Assembly (NCBI GenBank): GCA_001564035.1
Contig: LKMX01000001.1
Coordinates: 1-28,597 of the forward strand
Direction: 5' to 3'
Origin: Nanohaloarchaea archaeon PL-Br10_U2g27
Lineage (GTDB): Archaea > Nanohalarchaeota > Nanosalinia > Nanosalinales > Nanosalinaceae
DNA length: 28,597 bases
The position numbers were made by a program, and so were the translations under genes. The notes below the pieces were generated by a model. That model was not told the DNA's origin, searched no databases, and saw nothing but the letters and a program-made list of their open reading frames with translations. Positions 16,948 to 25,868 of the stretch are shown piece by piece. Numbering within the stretch: the first letter of the stretch is position 1; every line of letters starts with the position of its first letter.

Positions 16948-17706
16948 TTAACTGTTGGAAAAAACATGATCTAACGCGTTCTCAGTTTTTGTTTCAGCGC
17001 CTTGAGAATTAAAGAAGTTCACTACATTTTTCACGTCTCGTTCCAGTAAATTTTCTGCTTCTGGGTGGGACTTGTGCACTCCCTGTGAAAAATCAATCCA
17101 GGCCAGTGAATCTTTCTCGACCAAGATATTGTATTCTGACAGGTCTCCATGCACTATCTCTTCTTGAATCCATAAGGCCTTTATTTTGTCCAGTGTCTGT
17201 TTAAGAGCTGATTCAGGGTTCTCAATGTTCACGTCTTTGAGTTTGGGGTAAGGCCTGAAATCTTCGCCTATGAACTCCATGACTAAGACGTTTTCCTGTA
17301 AACCGTAGACTTCTGGACATCGAACGATGTTTGAGGCCTTTTTCAAGTTTTTGAACTCCTTCTTCGCCCACTCGTTTATTATGTTTCTTCTATCGTTTTT
17401 TAAGTTCCTGAATCTTTTGTCTCCCTTTAGATAACGGTACATTTCTCTGAAGGCGCCGGCGCGTTTCATATAAATCTTGACAGCAGCCAAGCCGTCATCT
17501 GTATCGGCCAGAAGCAGGGCAGACTCTTTACCGGACTCGATTATCCCATGCATCCGGTTTATCAGGCCTCTATCTGCTGCTTTTAACAATGCATCCATGG
17601 TCTGGTCGTCCAAGACATTTTCAATAGCTTTCTGGGCCTCGGAAGAGTCGAACATCTGCCTCTTTTTCTCGTCTTTGCGCCGGGGATACATTTCGTCATC
17701 TTTCAT
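16948..17706 (-). CDS. rio1: RIO1 family Ser/Thr kinase
   Basis: SGKES, AVKIY, WAKKEFKNL, HGDLSEYNIL, IDFSQ. Confidence 0.95.
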   Translation of the reverse strand: MKDDEMYPRRKDEKKRQMFDSSEAQKAIENVLDDQTMDALLKAADRGLINRMHGIIESGKESALLLADTDDGLAAVKIYMKRAGAFREMYRYLKGDKRFRNLKNDRRNIINEWAKKEFKNLKKASNIVRCPEVYGLQENVLVMEFIGEDFRPYPKLKDVNIENPESALKQTLDKIKALWIQEEIVHGDLSEYNILVEKDSLAWIDFSQGVHKSHPEAENLLERDVKNVVNFFNSQGAETKTENALDHVFSNS

Positions 17707-17730
17707 CTGTAAAAACTCTCTCCTTTTTTT

Positions 17731-18042
17731 TTACTTGTTTAACAGTTCTTTGGCGTGTTGTGTAAAGTCTCCGTACTGTATGAGGCCTGCGATTAAACCG
17801 GTTATAGAGGCTGGTAGAAAGTAGTTTGGATGTGTTATGGCTCTGTAAAGGTATTCTCCGGGGCCTATGCATACTGTGGGGGCAGGGCCTTGTTGGAAGT
17901 CTTGTAGTGAGCCGCAGAATTCGAGCCGGAATATTTCGGGGTTGTTGAATATTGTTATTCCTATTATAAAGCCTGTGAAGATTGTTAGGCCTGTCAGAAT
18001 GGGTTTTATTTCGTCTCGTTGTTTTATTTGGTTGCGGTTCAT
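17731..18042 (-). CDS. Two-TM membrane protein (103 aa), unknown function
   Basis: Two hydrophobic segments around a loop with two Cys; co-oriented between aIF1A and rio1. Confidence 0.65.
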   Translation of the reverse strand: MNRNQIKQRDEIKPILTGLTIFTGFIIGITIFNNPEIFRLEFCGSLQDFQQGPAPTVCIGPGEYLYRAITHPNYFLPASITGLIAGLIQYGDFTQHAKELLNK

Positions 18043-18052
18043 GCGGGCGCGT

Positions 18053-18361
18053 TTATAGGAATTCTTTTATCTCGTTTAGGTAGTCTCTGTCTTCTAGCCA
18101 GTCTTGTTGTGCTTGGCTGTATGATTCTACTATGTCTCCTTTTTCATCGCCTTGGATGTCCCATGGGTCTACTAGTACTACTGAATCTCTTTTGACCCAG
18201 AGGCCTCTTTTTTTGCTTCCGGGTATTCTGCAGATTCTTTCTCGGCCGTCGTTACAGTATACTTGGTATTTTCCGCCGCCTACTTTTCTGAGTACTATTC
18301 CTAGGACTTCGTCGCCGCTTGGGGTTCGTACTCGTCTTACTTGTTCTTCATCTTCTGGCAT
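18053..18361 (-). CDS. eif1a: Translation initiation factor aIF-1A
   Basis: GIVLRKVGGG..QVYCNDGRERICRIPG.KK..WVKRDSVVLVDPWDIQ..KGDIV OB-fold signature. Confidence 0.95.
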   Translation of the reverse strand: MPEDEEQVRRVRTPSGDEVLGIVLRKVGGGKYQVYCNDGRERICRIPGSKKRGLWVKRDSVVLVDPWDIQGDEKGDIVESYSQAQQDWLEDRDYLNEIKEFL

Positions 18362-18390
18362 CTGTAGTCAAAATTTGTCGTTCAAGTTTT

Positions 18391-18807
18391 TTAAACAGGC
18401 AGTTTTTCACTTATCATCTGCCATTTGTTTGCTATGAGGGCTGTGGCTGCCATTGATGCTAATAGTCCTGAGTAGATGTAAGGGTCTAGAGTCGGGAAGG
18501 CGTGAAAAATTGGGGATATAATGCTGAAGCCTACTATGACTAGGGATATGATGGTTGAGTACTTTCTGGCAGGTTCGTCATGCCTCCATTTTCCCTGTAG
18601 TTTTGTTTCAATGGTCTGCTGTATTGCAAAAAACATCAGTATTCCGGGAAGGATTAGGTAAGCTAGTGAGCCTGTTGGCTCAGAATAGGAAGGGAAAGAT
18701 ATGGCTACGCCAGCGCTTTATGTGTCGTGATAGCCTAAGGCTGTGAATATAAACGTGTTTAAGGAAGTCAGTAAGATTAGGAGTCTTGAAGATAGTTTGC
18801 GTCTCAT
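18391..18807 (-). pseudogene. Membrane protein gene (138 codons) interrupted by in-frame TAA at 18720-18718
   Basis: ATG 18807 gives MRRKLSSRLLILLTSLNTFIFTALGYHDT* then continues in frame (SAGVAISF...LILPGIL) into the track ORF 18391..18636. Confidence 0.6.
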
Positions 18808-18833
18808 AGATAGGTCATCGTTTTTGACTGTTT

Positions 18834-19514
18834 TTATTTACTAGGTAACCTTACGGATACTACGTTTCTGTAGACTCTTTGACCATCTTTCTCACCTATG
18901 AGCTCATATGAGCGCTTTATCTCGGGGTCAAAGGCCTGTCTCAGTTCCGAAAGTATTTTTTTGTTCATTGCTTCTGTGGACAAATAGAAATCTATGCCGT
19001 GACTATTTTGCTCTATATTTGAAAGGAAGTCTTTCCGATTTCTGTTTGTGAGTTCCGCGGCTTTGTCCACTATAAAGTCTGAGGCCTCTTCCAAGTTTTC
19101 GCCTCGCAACTGTATTTTTGCTTTGTAGAATCCTCCCTGAAACCTGGAGCAGTCGGGGCACTGTTCGTTTACCCAGTCTATTTTGACATCTCCATGGTCT
19201 TCTAAGGCCTCGTCTCTCATGTGCACGCGGACGTAAAACTCTTCGTCTTCTTCCCAGTACTGGAGCTCGAACTCTAGGCCTTCGACCATGTCAGAAAATG
19301 TTTCTGCTAACTGGTCCTCGATGCTGTATGCTTCTATCCAGTTCCGGCCTTTTCTCATTCTTCCGCAGACTGTGCATTTCACTATCTCTGTTTCTCGCGG
19401 CAGATCTGCTAAGTTGTTCCGATCAGTGAAGCATTCCGCGCACAGTTTCTTCGAATCTCCGTAAAGTTCAGATGTCTCTCTTCCACAGGCTGGGCAAAAT
19501 TTTGAAAGCTCCAT
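18834..19514 (-). CDS. nmd3: NMD3-family ribosome biogenesis zinc-finger protein
   Basis: Four CxxC pairs (CPACG, LCAECF, CTVCG, CPDCS), YKAKIQLR, GIDFYLS and the C-terminal G..DGQRVYR..VSVRL pattern. Confidence 0.88.
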   Translation of the reverse strand: MELSKFCPACGRETSELYGDSKKLCAECFTDRNNLADLPRETEIVKCTVCGRMRKGRNWIEAYSIEDQLAETFSDMVEGLEFELQYWEEDEEFYVRVHMRDEALEDHGDVKIDWVNEQCPDCSRFQGGFYKAKIQLRGENLEEASDFIVDKAAELTNRNRKDFLSNIEQNSHGIDFYLSTEAMNKKILSELRQAFDPEIKRSYELIGEKDGQRVYRNVVSVRLPSK

Positions 19515-19548
19515 GTTATGTTAATCTAAGTTTATCGATAAAGCTTCT

Positions 19549-19893
19549 TTAACCTAGAACAAGTTTGTCATTTTTTTCCAGTTCAAGCGGTTCAAAGCTC
19601 TCTAGGAGATACTGGTATTTTTGATTAGGCCTGTAAAGTTTCCAGGTTTTAGGGTTCCAGGCCCAAGGCAAGGCTTTTTCCTTGTGTATAAGTTCTTTAT
19701 CTGAGTTGAAGAAATAGAGATAGAGAGGTTTTGATAAAAACATCATGTCGATTGAGGTCTTCACTGGGAAAGGGAATTTGAAAAGCATTTTTCCTTCTTC
19801 TCTGAATGATAGGCCTTTGGCGCGGTTGAATACGTTGTCAGCGATTTCGACTTCTAGTTCTTTTTTTCCGGCTTTGATTTTTTCGTTTTTCAT
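19549..19893 (-). CDS. DUF192-family protein
   Basis: EVEIADN.FNRAKGLSFR...MLF.F......DM.F..PL pattern. Confidence 0.8.
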   Translation of the reverse strand: MKNEKIKAGKKELEVEIADNVFNRAKGLSFREEGKMLFKFPFPVKTSIDMMFLSKPLYLYFFNSDKELIHKEKALPWAWNPKTWKLYRPNQKYQYLLESFEPLELEKNDKLVLG

Positions 19894-19977
19894 CACGGGT
19901 ACAGTTGTTTAAGTTTGGATGTTTAACTTTTAGTCATAATGCTTGTGAATGCGTATCGCGGTTATCGTTTGAAGATC

Positions 19978-20442
19978 ATGTCTGAACTTAGGCGCGCCTT
20001 CCATGAGGAACATACGCCGCATCAGATAGCATTGAGCTTTTCTATCGGAGTTTTCATCACTGCGCTGCCTACCCTTGGAACAGGATTTATTGTTTTCGCA
20101 GTGCTAATGAAAATGTTTGCCACTATAAGCAAGCTAGCCTTACTATCCAGCGTATTAGTCATGAATCCGTTTATAAAGCCTCTAGTATATCTTGCAAGCA
20201 TAAACCTTGGAGGCCTGATCATTACAAGAAGGCTGGCTTACACTACAGACCCTGAATCTGTTTTGACATTTCTGATCGTAGGCAACCTGATAATAGCAGG
20301 GTTTCTATCGGTTTTAGCATACTTCTTTGCTTTAAGAGCTGTGAAAAAGTACAGAGAGGCAGGCCTAGATGTGGTGGACGAGGTTGAGGGAGTCGTTGAA
20401 AAAGAGATGGACAAAATTGAGGCAGAGTCCCCGACCGGTTAA
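19978..20442 (+). CDS. DUF2062-family membrane protein
   Basis: TPHQIALSFSIGVFI..LP..G and NPF pattern; hydrophobic segments. Confidence 0.8.
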   Translation: MSELRRAFHEEHTPHQIALSFSIGVFITALPTLGTGFIVFAVLMKMFATISKLALLSSVLVMNPFIKPLVYLASINLGGLIITRRLAYTTDPESVLTFLIVGNLIIAGFLSVLAYFFALRAVKKYREAGLDVVDEVEGVVEKEMDKIEAESPTG

Positions 20443-20912
20443 TCCTCGTAAGGGTGTTTGAAAAACTCTGCAGCGTCTTCGAAGCGGTCGGTGCCGGTAA
20501 CTTTTCTTAGAAATTCGCTGAATCTTTCATGCCTGGAAGTTACTAGGCCTAGAGCGGCGAATAAACGCATCAATCTTCCGCCCCGCGCCACCAAGTGAAC
20601 TATTTCCTGTAACAGCTCTCCAACTCTTACTACGCTGTCAACTAGCCTGAAAATCCAGAAAAACGGTATTACTGCTAGTATTTCAAGCCATTCACGTCTC
20701 AGGAATCCTTTCCAGTTCTTCGCCCGCTTAAACTTGAAGGATAGGTCGCCCACAAAAATGGAGATAACTAATACGTCCGCGTAGAAAAAATAGGTCTCAT
20801 AGGTATACTTGAAGTCAGTGAAAAATATGTCGGCTACAACAATCACTACTAGTACCAGCAGCGCTGGCACAATCATTAAATCAAAAAATCTTTCAACTCT
20901 GCTCCAATCCAT
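20439..20912 (-). CDS. Ion-transport-family protein: voltage-sensor-like S1-S4 without a pore domain
   Basis: S2-like YADVLVISIFVGDLSFKF, S3-like WLEILAVIPF, S4-like RGGRLMRLF; no TVGYG filter. Confidence 0.75.
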   Translation of the reverse strand: MDWSRVERFFDLMIVPALLVLVVIVVADIFFTDFKYTYETYFFYADVLVISIFVGDLSFKFKRAKNWKGFLRREWLEILAVIPFFWIFRLVDSVVRVGELLQEIVHLVARGGRLMRLFAALGLVTSRHERFSEFLRKVTGTDRFEDAAEFFKHPYED

Positions 20913-20958
20913 AATTTACAATTCAAACGCCTTAAATAAAAATTAAACGTTTTTAGAT

Positions 20959-21030
20959 CGCCCCCTCAGGGATTTGAACCCTGGATCTGCACCTCCGCAA
21001 GGTGCCGTCTTTCCACTAGACCAAGGGGGC
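20959..21030 (-). tRNA. tRNA-Arg (GCG)
   Basis: Acceptor GCCCCCT/AGGGGGC, anticodon arm GCACC-TTGCGGA-GGTGC, D-loop GGA (A20 Arg identity), T-loop TTCAAAT. Confidence 0.95.
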
Positions 21031-21264
21031 ATTACATATTAGTTGTCTGAAGTTACTGTTTTAACGCGTTTGCTGTCCCTCACCTTTTTTATATAACGAC
21101 GTTAAATCCGTTTTTAGGGTTTTAATATGAAAGATTTAATCAACAAGATAAAAAGCAAGCTGGGCCTAGACTAGGCCGGCTTCTCAAACAGTCAAGGCCT
21201 CTAAGCAGAGGTCAACATGTTTTAACTTTTTCTTTTGAACAACTTTAGTAGGTGTAAAGAAAAA

Positions 21265-21519
21265 ATGGGAGACATAGCTTGTGTATACAAGGTAATGCCA
21301 GAAGACGCTGAAACCGATCTAGAAAAAATAAAAGAACAGTTAAGAGAATTATTGGATGTCGACGACATGGGAGAAGAAAACGTCGCGTTCGGATTAAAAG
21401 CTGTAAAAGTATCCTGTGTCACAACAGATGAAGAAGGCGGCACAGATGCAGTAGAGGAAAAACTCGAACAGTTAGAAGGCGTTCAAAGCTACGAACTAGA
21501 ACACTTCGACAAACTCTAA
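21265..21519 (+). CDS. ef1b: Translation elongation factor aEF-1beta
   Basis: YKVMPED...DLE, VAFGLKA, EGGTDAVEE...LEGVQS; SD AGGTG upstream. Confidence 0.95.
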   Translation: MGDIACVYKVMPEDAETDLEKIKEQLRELLDVDDMGEENVAFGLKAVKVSCVTTDEEGGTDAVEEKLEQLEGVQSYELEHFDKL

Positions 21520-21534
21520 CAGGCCTAACATATT

Positions 21535-21672
21535 CTAGCTTGTTAAAAACTTTTTTTCTCCGCCGTTGCAGGCTCTGCAACCGGTTTCCAGTTTATCTTC
21601 TCTACAAACGTTTGATCCGCATATTTCGCAGCCGATAACAGCTTCCAGGTTCTGACAGTAGTCGCACAGCAT
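21535..21672 (-). CDS. Small Cys-rich zinc-finger protein (45 aa; absent from ORF track)
   Basis: Own translation MLCDYCQNLEAVIGCEICGSNVCREDKLETGCRACNGGEKKFLTS*: C-x2-C-x8-C-x2-C-x4-C-x8-C-x2-C. Confidence 0.8.
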   Translation of the reverse strand: MLCDYCQNLEAVIGCEICGSNVCREDKLETGCRACNGGEKKFLTS

Positions 21673-21712
21673 AGGATACTGTTTAAACTTTCTAGGCCTT
21701 AACGTTTATTCA

Positions 21713-22732
21713 ATGGGAGTAAACCTTACTGATCTGATAGAGCCTGAAGAAATCAAGTTCCAAGACTTGAACGATAAAGTCATAGCCATAGATGCCATGA
21801 ACGCATTATACCAATTTCTCTCAATCATCAGGCAAAGAGACGGCACTCCACTAAAAGACAGTTCAGGAAACATTACTTCTCATCTCTCAGGCCTGTTCTA
21901 CAGGAATATTAATCTTTTGGAGCAGAATGTGAGGCCTGTATATGTTTTTGATGGTTCGATGCCAGATATGAAAGAGAAGGAGACGTCTCAAAGAAGAAAA
22001 AAGAGGGATGAGGCCTTGGAAGAGTGGAAAAAGTTGAAAGAAGACGGTAAGATTTCTGAGGCTTATAGTAAAGCTACGCAGTCTAGCAGGCTTACTTCGG
22101 AAATGGTTCAGCAGTCCAAAGAGTTGTTGGAAGCAATGGGGCTGCCTTATGTTGAGGCTCCGAGCGAGGGTGAGGCTCAGGCAGCATACATGGCTTCTGA
22201 AGGCAGCGTTTATGCTGTGGGGAGCCAGGACTGGGACTGTATGCTTTTCGGCGCGGATGTGATGGTTAGGAACTTGACTTCTCGTAAAACTCGTAAAACT
22301 TCTTCAGGAACACGCAAGAAGATATCGACGGAGAAGATAGAGCTCGAAAAAGTGCTGGGCCAACTAGATATTTCTCGGGAGCAACTTATCTGGCTTGGAA
22401 TGCTTGTAGGCACAGACTTTAATGAAGGTGTTAAGGGAATAGGCCCTAAAACCGGATTGAAGCTTGTCAAACAGTATGACGAGCTTGGAAAGCTAATGGA
22501 TGATGAAAAAGTGGATTGGCGGTCCGAAAACAGCCCTGAAAAAATACTTGATTTCTTCATGAACCCTCCTGTGAAAAACACTGATTTCGAGTTCTCAAGC
22601 CCAGAACCTGAGAAAATCAAACAGATCTTAGTAGAGGATCACGACTTTTCAGAAGACAGGGTAGAAAGCAAGGTAAAAGACCTTGAGAAAGCGATGGAGG
22701 CCCGTCAAAGAGGCCTAGGATCTTTTATCTAG
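21713..22732 (+). CDS. fen: Flap endonuclease 1
   Basis: MGV, AIDAMNALYQFL, GNITSHLSGLFYR, APSEGEAQAA, SQDWDCMLFG, GTDFN.G.KGIGPK and C-terminal PIP-like QRGLGSF; TTTAAA at 21682-21687. Confidence 0.97.
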   Translation: MGVNLTDLIEPEEIKFQDLNDKVIAIDAMNALYQFLSIIRQRDGTPLKDSSGNITSHLSGLFYRNINLLEQNVRPVYVFDGSMPDMKEKETSQRRKKRDEALEEWKKLKEDGKISEAYSKATQSSRLTSEMVQQSKELLEAMGLPYVEAPSEGEAQAAYMASEGSVYAVGSQDWDCMLFGADVMVRNLTSRKTRKTSSGTRKKISTEKIELEKVLGQLDISREQLIWLGMLVGTDFNEGVKGIGPKTGLKLVKQYDELGKLMDDEKVDWRSENSPEKILDFFMNPPVKNTDFEFSSPEPEKIKQILVEDHDFSEDRVESKVKDLEKAMEARQRGLGSFI

Positions 22733-24044
22733 TCTTTAACTCCTCAAGCACAAGCTCCATCATCTCTCCAAGTTCAACATATCCTTCTCTTATATCCTTT
22801 ATCTGCTCCTCTTGGTGCTCTATCTCTGAAACCAAGGCCTTGAAATCATCTCTATCAAGAGAGTCTTCTAACCTGTTGACCCTCATCCGAAGATTTTTCA
22901 TTCCTTTACCTTCAACCCGGTTCAGCCTTTTCTCGACACGGCTGAGCCTTTGACTGCTTTCTCCTTTCTCAAGTCGTTCAATCTTTTTCTTAGATTCTTC
23001 AAAATCATCTATCTTATCTGAGGCCTTTTTCAACTCGTCGTACTCGTCTTTTGAAAGCAGTTTGAGCTGAGCAAGGTCGTCGAAGTCGTTGAAAACCCAT
23101 TTGAAATCAGATACAACGCCTCTAAGATTGTTCACTTGTTCTTTGATTTCTTTATAGTTCTCGGCTGTTTCTGAGGACTCAAGCTTTTCAATTTTCTTCT
23201 CTAAGTTCTCTACGCTAATCAAAAGATCTTCGAAAGCTCTCTTCTCAACATCTGAAACTCTATCGCTAAGATCTGATAGGTCAGACCTAACTTCCTCTAG
23301 TTCAGATGAATCGGTGTCCTCTGATTCAAGAGCATCAATCCGCTTCTCAAGACCTTCAATTTTGGAAATATGGTCTTCAAAGTCGCTTGATGAGTTGTCA
23401 GAAGAATCTTCTAGCTCTTCTATTCTTGACTCTAGCTTGTTAAATTCTTCCTCTAGGCCTTCATAGTGGTCATATCCTTCAGCTTTTTCTTCAATCTCTC
23501 CCAGATCGTTTTCTATGTCTTCTATTTTTGATGTCTTCTCATCAAGTTTACTTATCTTGTCATGGAGTTCTTCGCTGTCCGAATCAGCTAAGTCTTCAAT
23601 CCGTTTTTCAAAATCATCTAGTTTCTCATTAACAGATTCAAGCCTATCAATTTCGTCTTCCAAGGTGCTGAGCCTTTTTTCAAGGCCTGAAGTGTCGGCC
23701 GTTTCAAGGTCGTTTATATCTTTCTTCAGATTGTTTACCAGATCTGTTTTTTCTGCTACTCTGTCTTTCAACATTTCAATAGCTTCGGCGTAATCTAAAT
23801 CGTTTATTTCTGATTCAAGTTCCGATATGCGTTCTTCAATTCTTTCAAAAGATTCATCAGAATTTTCATCTTCTTCAGACTGATCTGTATTGGTTACAAC
23901 ATCGTTTGCGTCATCGGATTCATTATTTTCTTCATCTACCGGCGGTTCGGAGACCTCGGGTTCTTCCTCTTCAGTATCGTTTTTTGAGTCTGCTCCCAGT
24001 TTAGTTTGGTCGTCTTTTCCACCGAAAATCACATTTTCTGACAT
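22725..24044 (-). CDS. Long acidic coiled-coil protein (439 aa), unknown function
   Basis: Repeated heptad segments (LEKRLSTLE, FEKRIEDL, LESRIEELE, LEKRIDALE, LEKKIEKLE, VEKRLNRVE); disordered acidic N-terminus; no TM or signal; SD-like GGAG upstream of ATG 24044. Confidence 0.8.
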   Translation of the reverse strand: MSENVIFGGKDDQTKLGADSKNDTEEEEPEVSEPPVDEENNESDDANDVVTNTDQSEEDENSDESFERIEERISELESEINDLDYAEAIEMLKDRVAEKTDLVNNLKKDINDLETADTSGLEKRLSTLEDEIDRLESVNEKLDDFEKRIEDLADSDSEELHDKISKLDEKTSKIEDIENDLGEIEEKAEGYDHYEGLEEEFNKLESRIEELEDSSDNSSSDFEDHISKIEGLEKRIDALESEDTDSSELEEVRSDLSDLSDRVSDVEKRAFEDLLISVENLEKKIEKLESSETAENYKEIKEQVNNLRGVVSDFKWVFNDFDDLAQLKLLSKDEYDELKKASDKIDDFEESKKKIERLEKGESSQRLSRVEKRLNRVEGKGMKNLRMRVNRLEDSLDRDDFKALVSEIEHQEEQIKDIREGYVELGEMMELVLEELKTR

Positions 24045-24156
24045 TTTAACCCTCTCCGTAGAACAGAAAAGAATCTCAAATGTTAAAAGCATTTTTCACT
24101 AGCCGACAACAACTACTAACAAAATCAATAAATTCCATCCAACAATAATTCTAGAC

Positions 24157-25614
24157 ATGAAGACTCTGCTCGTAGTAATTGATGGACTAGGCCTCCGAAA
24201 AGAAAAAGAAGGAAACGCGTTCAAACAAGCTGAAACACCGAACATCGAAAAATTAATGCAAAAACATGGTTGCCAAGAACTAGAGGCCTCAGGAAAAGCA
24301 GTAGGCCTGCCAGAAGGATACACAGGCAACAGTGAAGTAGGCCACCTCCATATCGGAGCAGGAAGAACAGTGCCCCAACGCCTCACAAGAATAAATAAGG
24401 CTATTGAATCCGGAGAATTAGGAGAGAAGGAAGCTTTGAAACAAGCGTTTTCAAGAGCGGAAGAAAACGGATCCAAAGTCCATTTAGCAGGTATAATCAG
24501 TGACGGAGGAATACACGGCCACATAGAACACTTGAAGGCCTTGATAGAAATATCTCGTGACTATGATGTAGAGCTTGAGATTCACTGCTTCACTGATGGC
24601 CGTGACACCTCGCCAAAATCCGCGGAAAAATATATTTCAGAGCTAGAAAAAGTTCTCGAAAATTCAAAAGGAAGTATCGCAACAGTAATAGGCAGGTTCT
24701 ATGCCATGGATAGGGACAGTAATTGGGAGCGAACTCGCCAGGCCTATGATGCAATGGCTCACGGAAAAGGATATGGTTTCGAAGAGCCAAGAGAAGCAGT
24801 TGAAAAGGCCTACAGCGATGGCGAGTACGACTACTTCATACAGCCATCAGCAAGATCTGATTATGAAGGCATAGGTTTCGATGATGAGCTGATATTTTAC
24901 AACTATAGAGCTGATAGAGAGAGGCAGATAGCAGAAGCATTTATCAAACCTGGATTTAACCATTTTGAGAACAATGTCAGGCCTTCTTTCACCTCGATGT
25001 TTCCATATAGACGGGATTTCGATAATCCTGTTATTTTCGAAAAAATGGTTGTGGAAGATACTGTGGGAGAGAAAATAGAGAAATGGGGTATGTCGCAGTT
25101 AAGGGTTGCCGAGTCTCAAAAAAAGCCGCACGTAACTTATTTCTTCAACGGCCAGCGCGAGCTGGAGTTCGATAATGAAGAGCGCAGATTTATAGAAAGC
25201 GATAAGATCAAGGCCTTCGATGAAAGACCTGAGATGCATGCTGAAGAAATAACTGATATTGTAATTGATGCGGTAGAAAAAGGTGAAAAAGACTTTATCT
25301 TAATGAACTACGCCAACTGCGACTTAGTAGGGCATACTGGCGAGCTCGACGCTACAATTACTGCTGTTGAAACTGTTGACAAAAATATTGGGCGTTTAAC
25401 TGAGGCGGTAGAGGACTCAGAGTATGCCATGATTGTTACTGCTGACCACGGGAACTGCGAGGACATGGGAGGAGAAAAAAGCTCGAACACCTCTCATACG
25501 TTGAATAAAATTCCGTTCATACTGGTCTCTGAAAAACAAGGAGAAGAACGGATTGACTCAATATCTGATGTCTCAAAAGTAGTTGAATCCTTACTCAATA
25601 GGCCTAAAAGCTAA
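24157..25614 (+). CDS. gpmI: 2,3-bisphosphoglycerate-independent phosphoglycerate mutase (bacterial-type iPGM)
   Basis: IDGLG, GNSEVGH (phospho-Ser), SDGGIHGH, FTDGRD, GRFYAMDRD, DLVGHTG, TADHGN. Confidence 0.96.
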   Translation: MKTLLVVIDGLGLRKEKEGNAFKQAETPNIEKLMQKHGCQELEASGKAVGLPEGYTGNSEVGHLHIGAGRTVPQRLTRINKAIESGELGEKEALKQAFSRAEENGSKVHLAGIISDGGIHGHIEHLKALIEISRDYDVELEIHCFTDGRDTSPKSAEKYISELEKVLENSKGSIATVIGRFYAMDRDSNWERTRQAYDAMAHGKGYGFEEPREAVEKAYSDGEYDYFIQPSARSDYEGIGFDDELIFYNYRADRERQIAEAFIKPGFNHFENNVRPSFTSMFPYRRDFDNPVIFEKMVVEDTVGEKIEKWGMSQLRVAESQKKPHVTYFFNGQRELEFDNEERRFIESDKIKAFDERPEMHAEEITDIVIDAVEKGEKDFILMNYANCDLVGHTGELDATITAVETVDKNIGRLTEAVEDSEYAMIVTADHGNCEDMGGEKSSNTSHTLNKIPFILVSEKQGEERIDSISDVSKVVESLLNRPKS

Positions 25615-25865
25615 TCATCTTCTCCACTTTCTTCTCCATTTCCGCCATTGCATTCTGATCTCCAAGAGTCTACGTCTGGACAGTCTGCGTCTTCAGCAGC
25701 TTCATAATTGCATCTGGCTTCATACAGCTCGCAGCTAGATTCATCTGTTTGATCGCCTAAAAATTCGGTGAACTCTGTCGACTCTCCGGCTACCATAAAA
25801 ATTAGTATGCTGGCGATTAAGACCACTACTACTGCAGCCAGCACTACTTCAATGGTTTTATCCAT
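25611..25865 (-). CDS. Small pilin-like membrane-anchored protein (84 aa, 4 Cys)
   Basis: N-terminal hydrophobic helix (TIEVVLAAVVVVLIASILIFM) and acidic Cys-containing head similar to the upstream pilin. Confidence 0.75.
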   Translation of the reverse strand: MDKTIEVVLAAVVVVLIASILIFMVAGESTEFTEFLGDQTDESSCELYEARCNYEAAEDADCPDVDSWRSECNGGNGEESGEDD

Positions 25866-25868
25866 TAT

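Noticed and set aside
20959-21030. Possible mis-identity tRNA (acceptor looks Gly/His-like but anticodon is GCG)
   Set aside because: A20, C35/G36 and discriminator G fit tRNA-Arg, so no recoding is implied.
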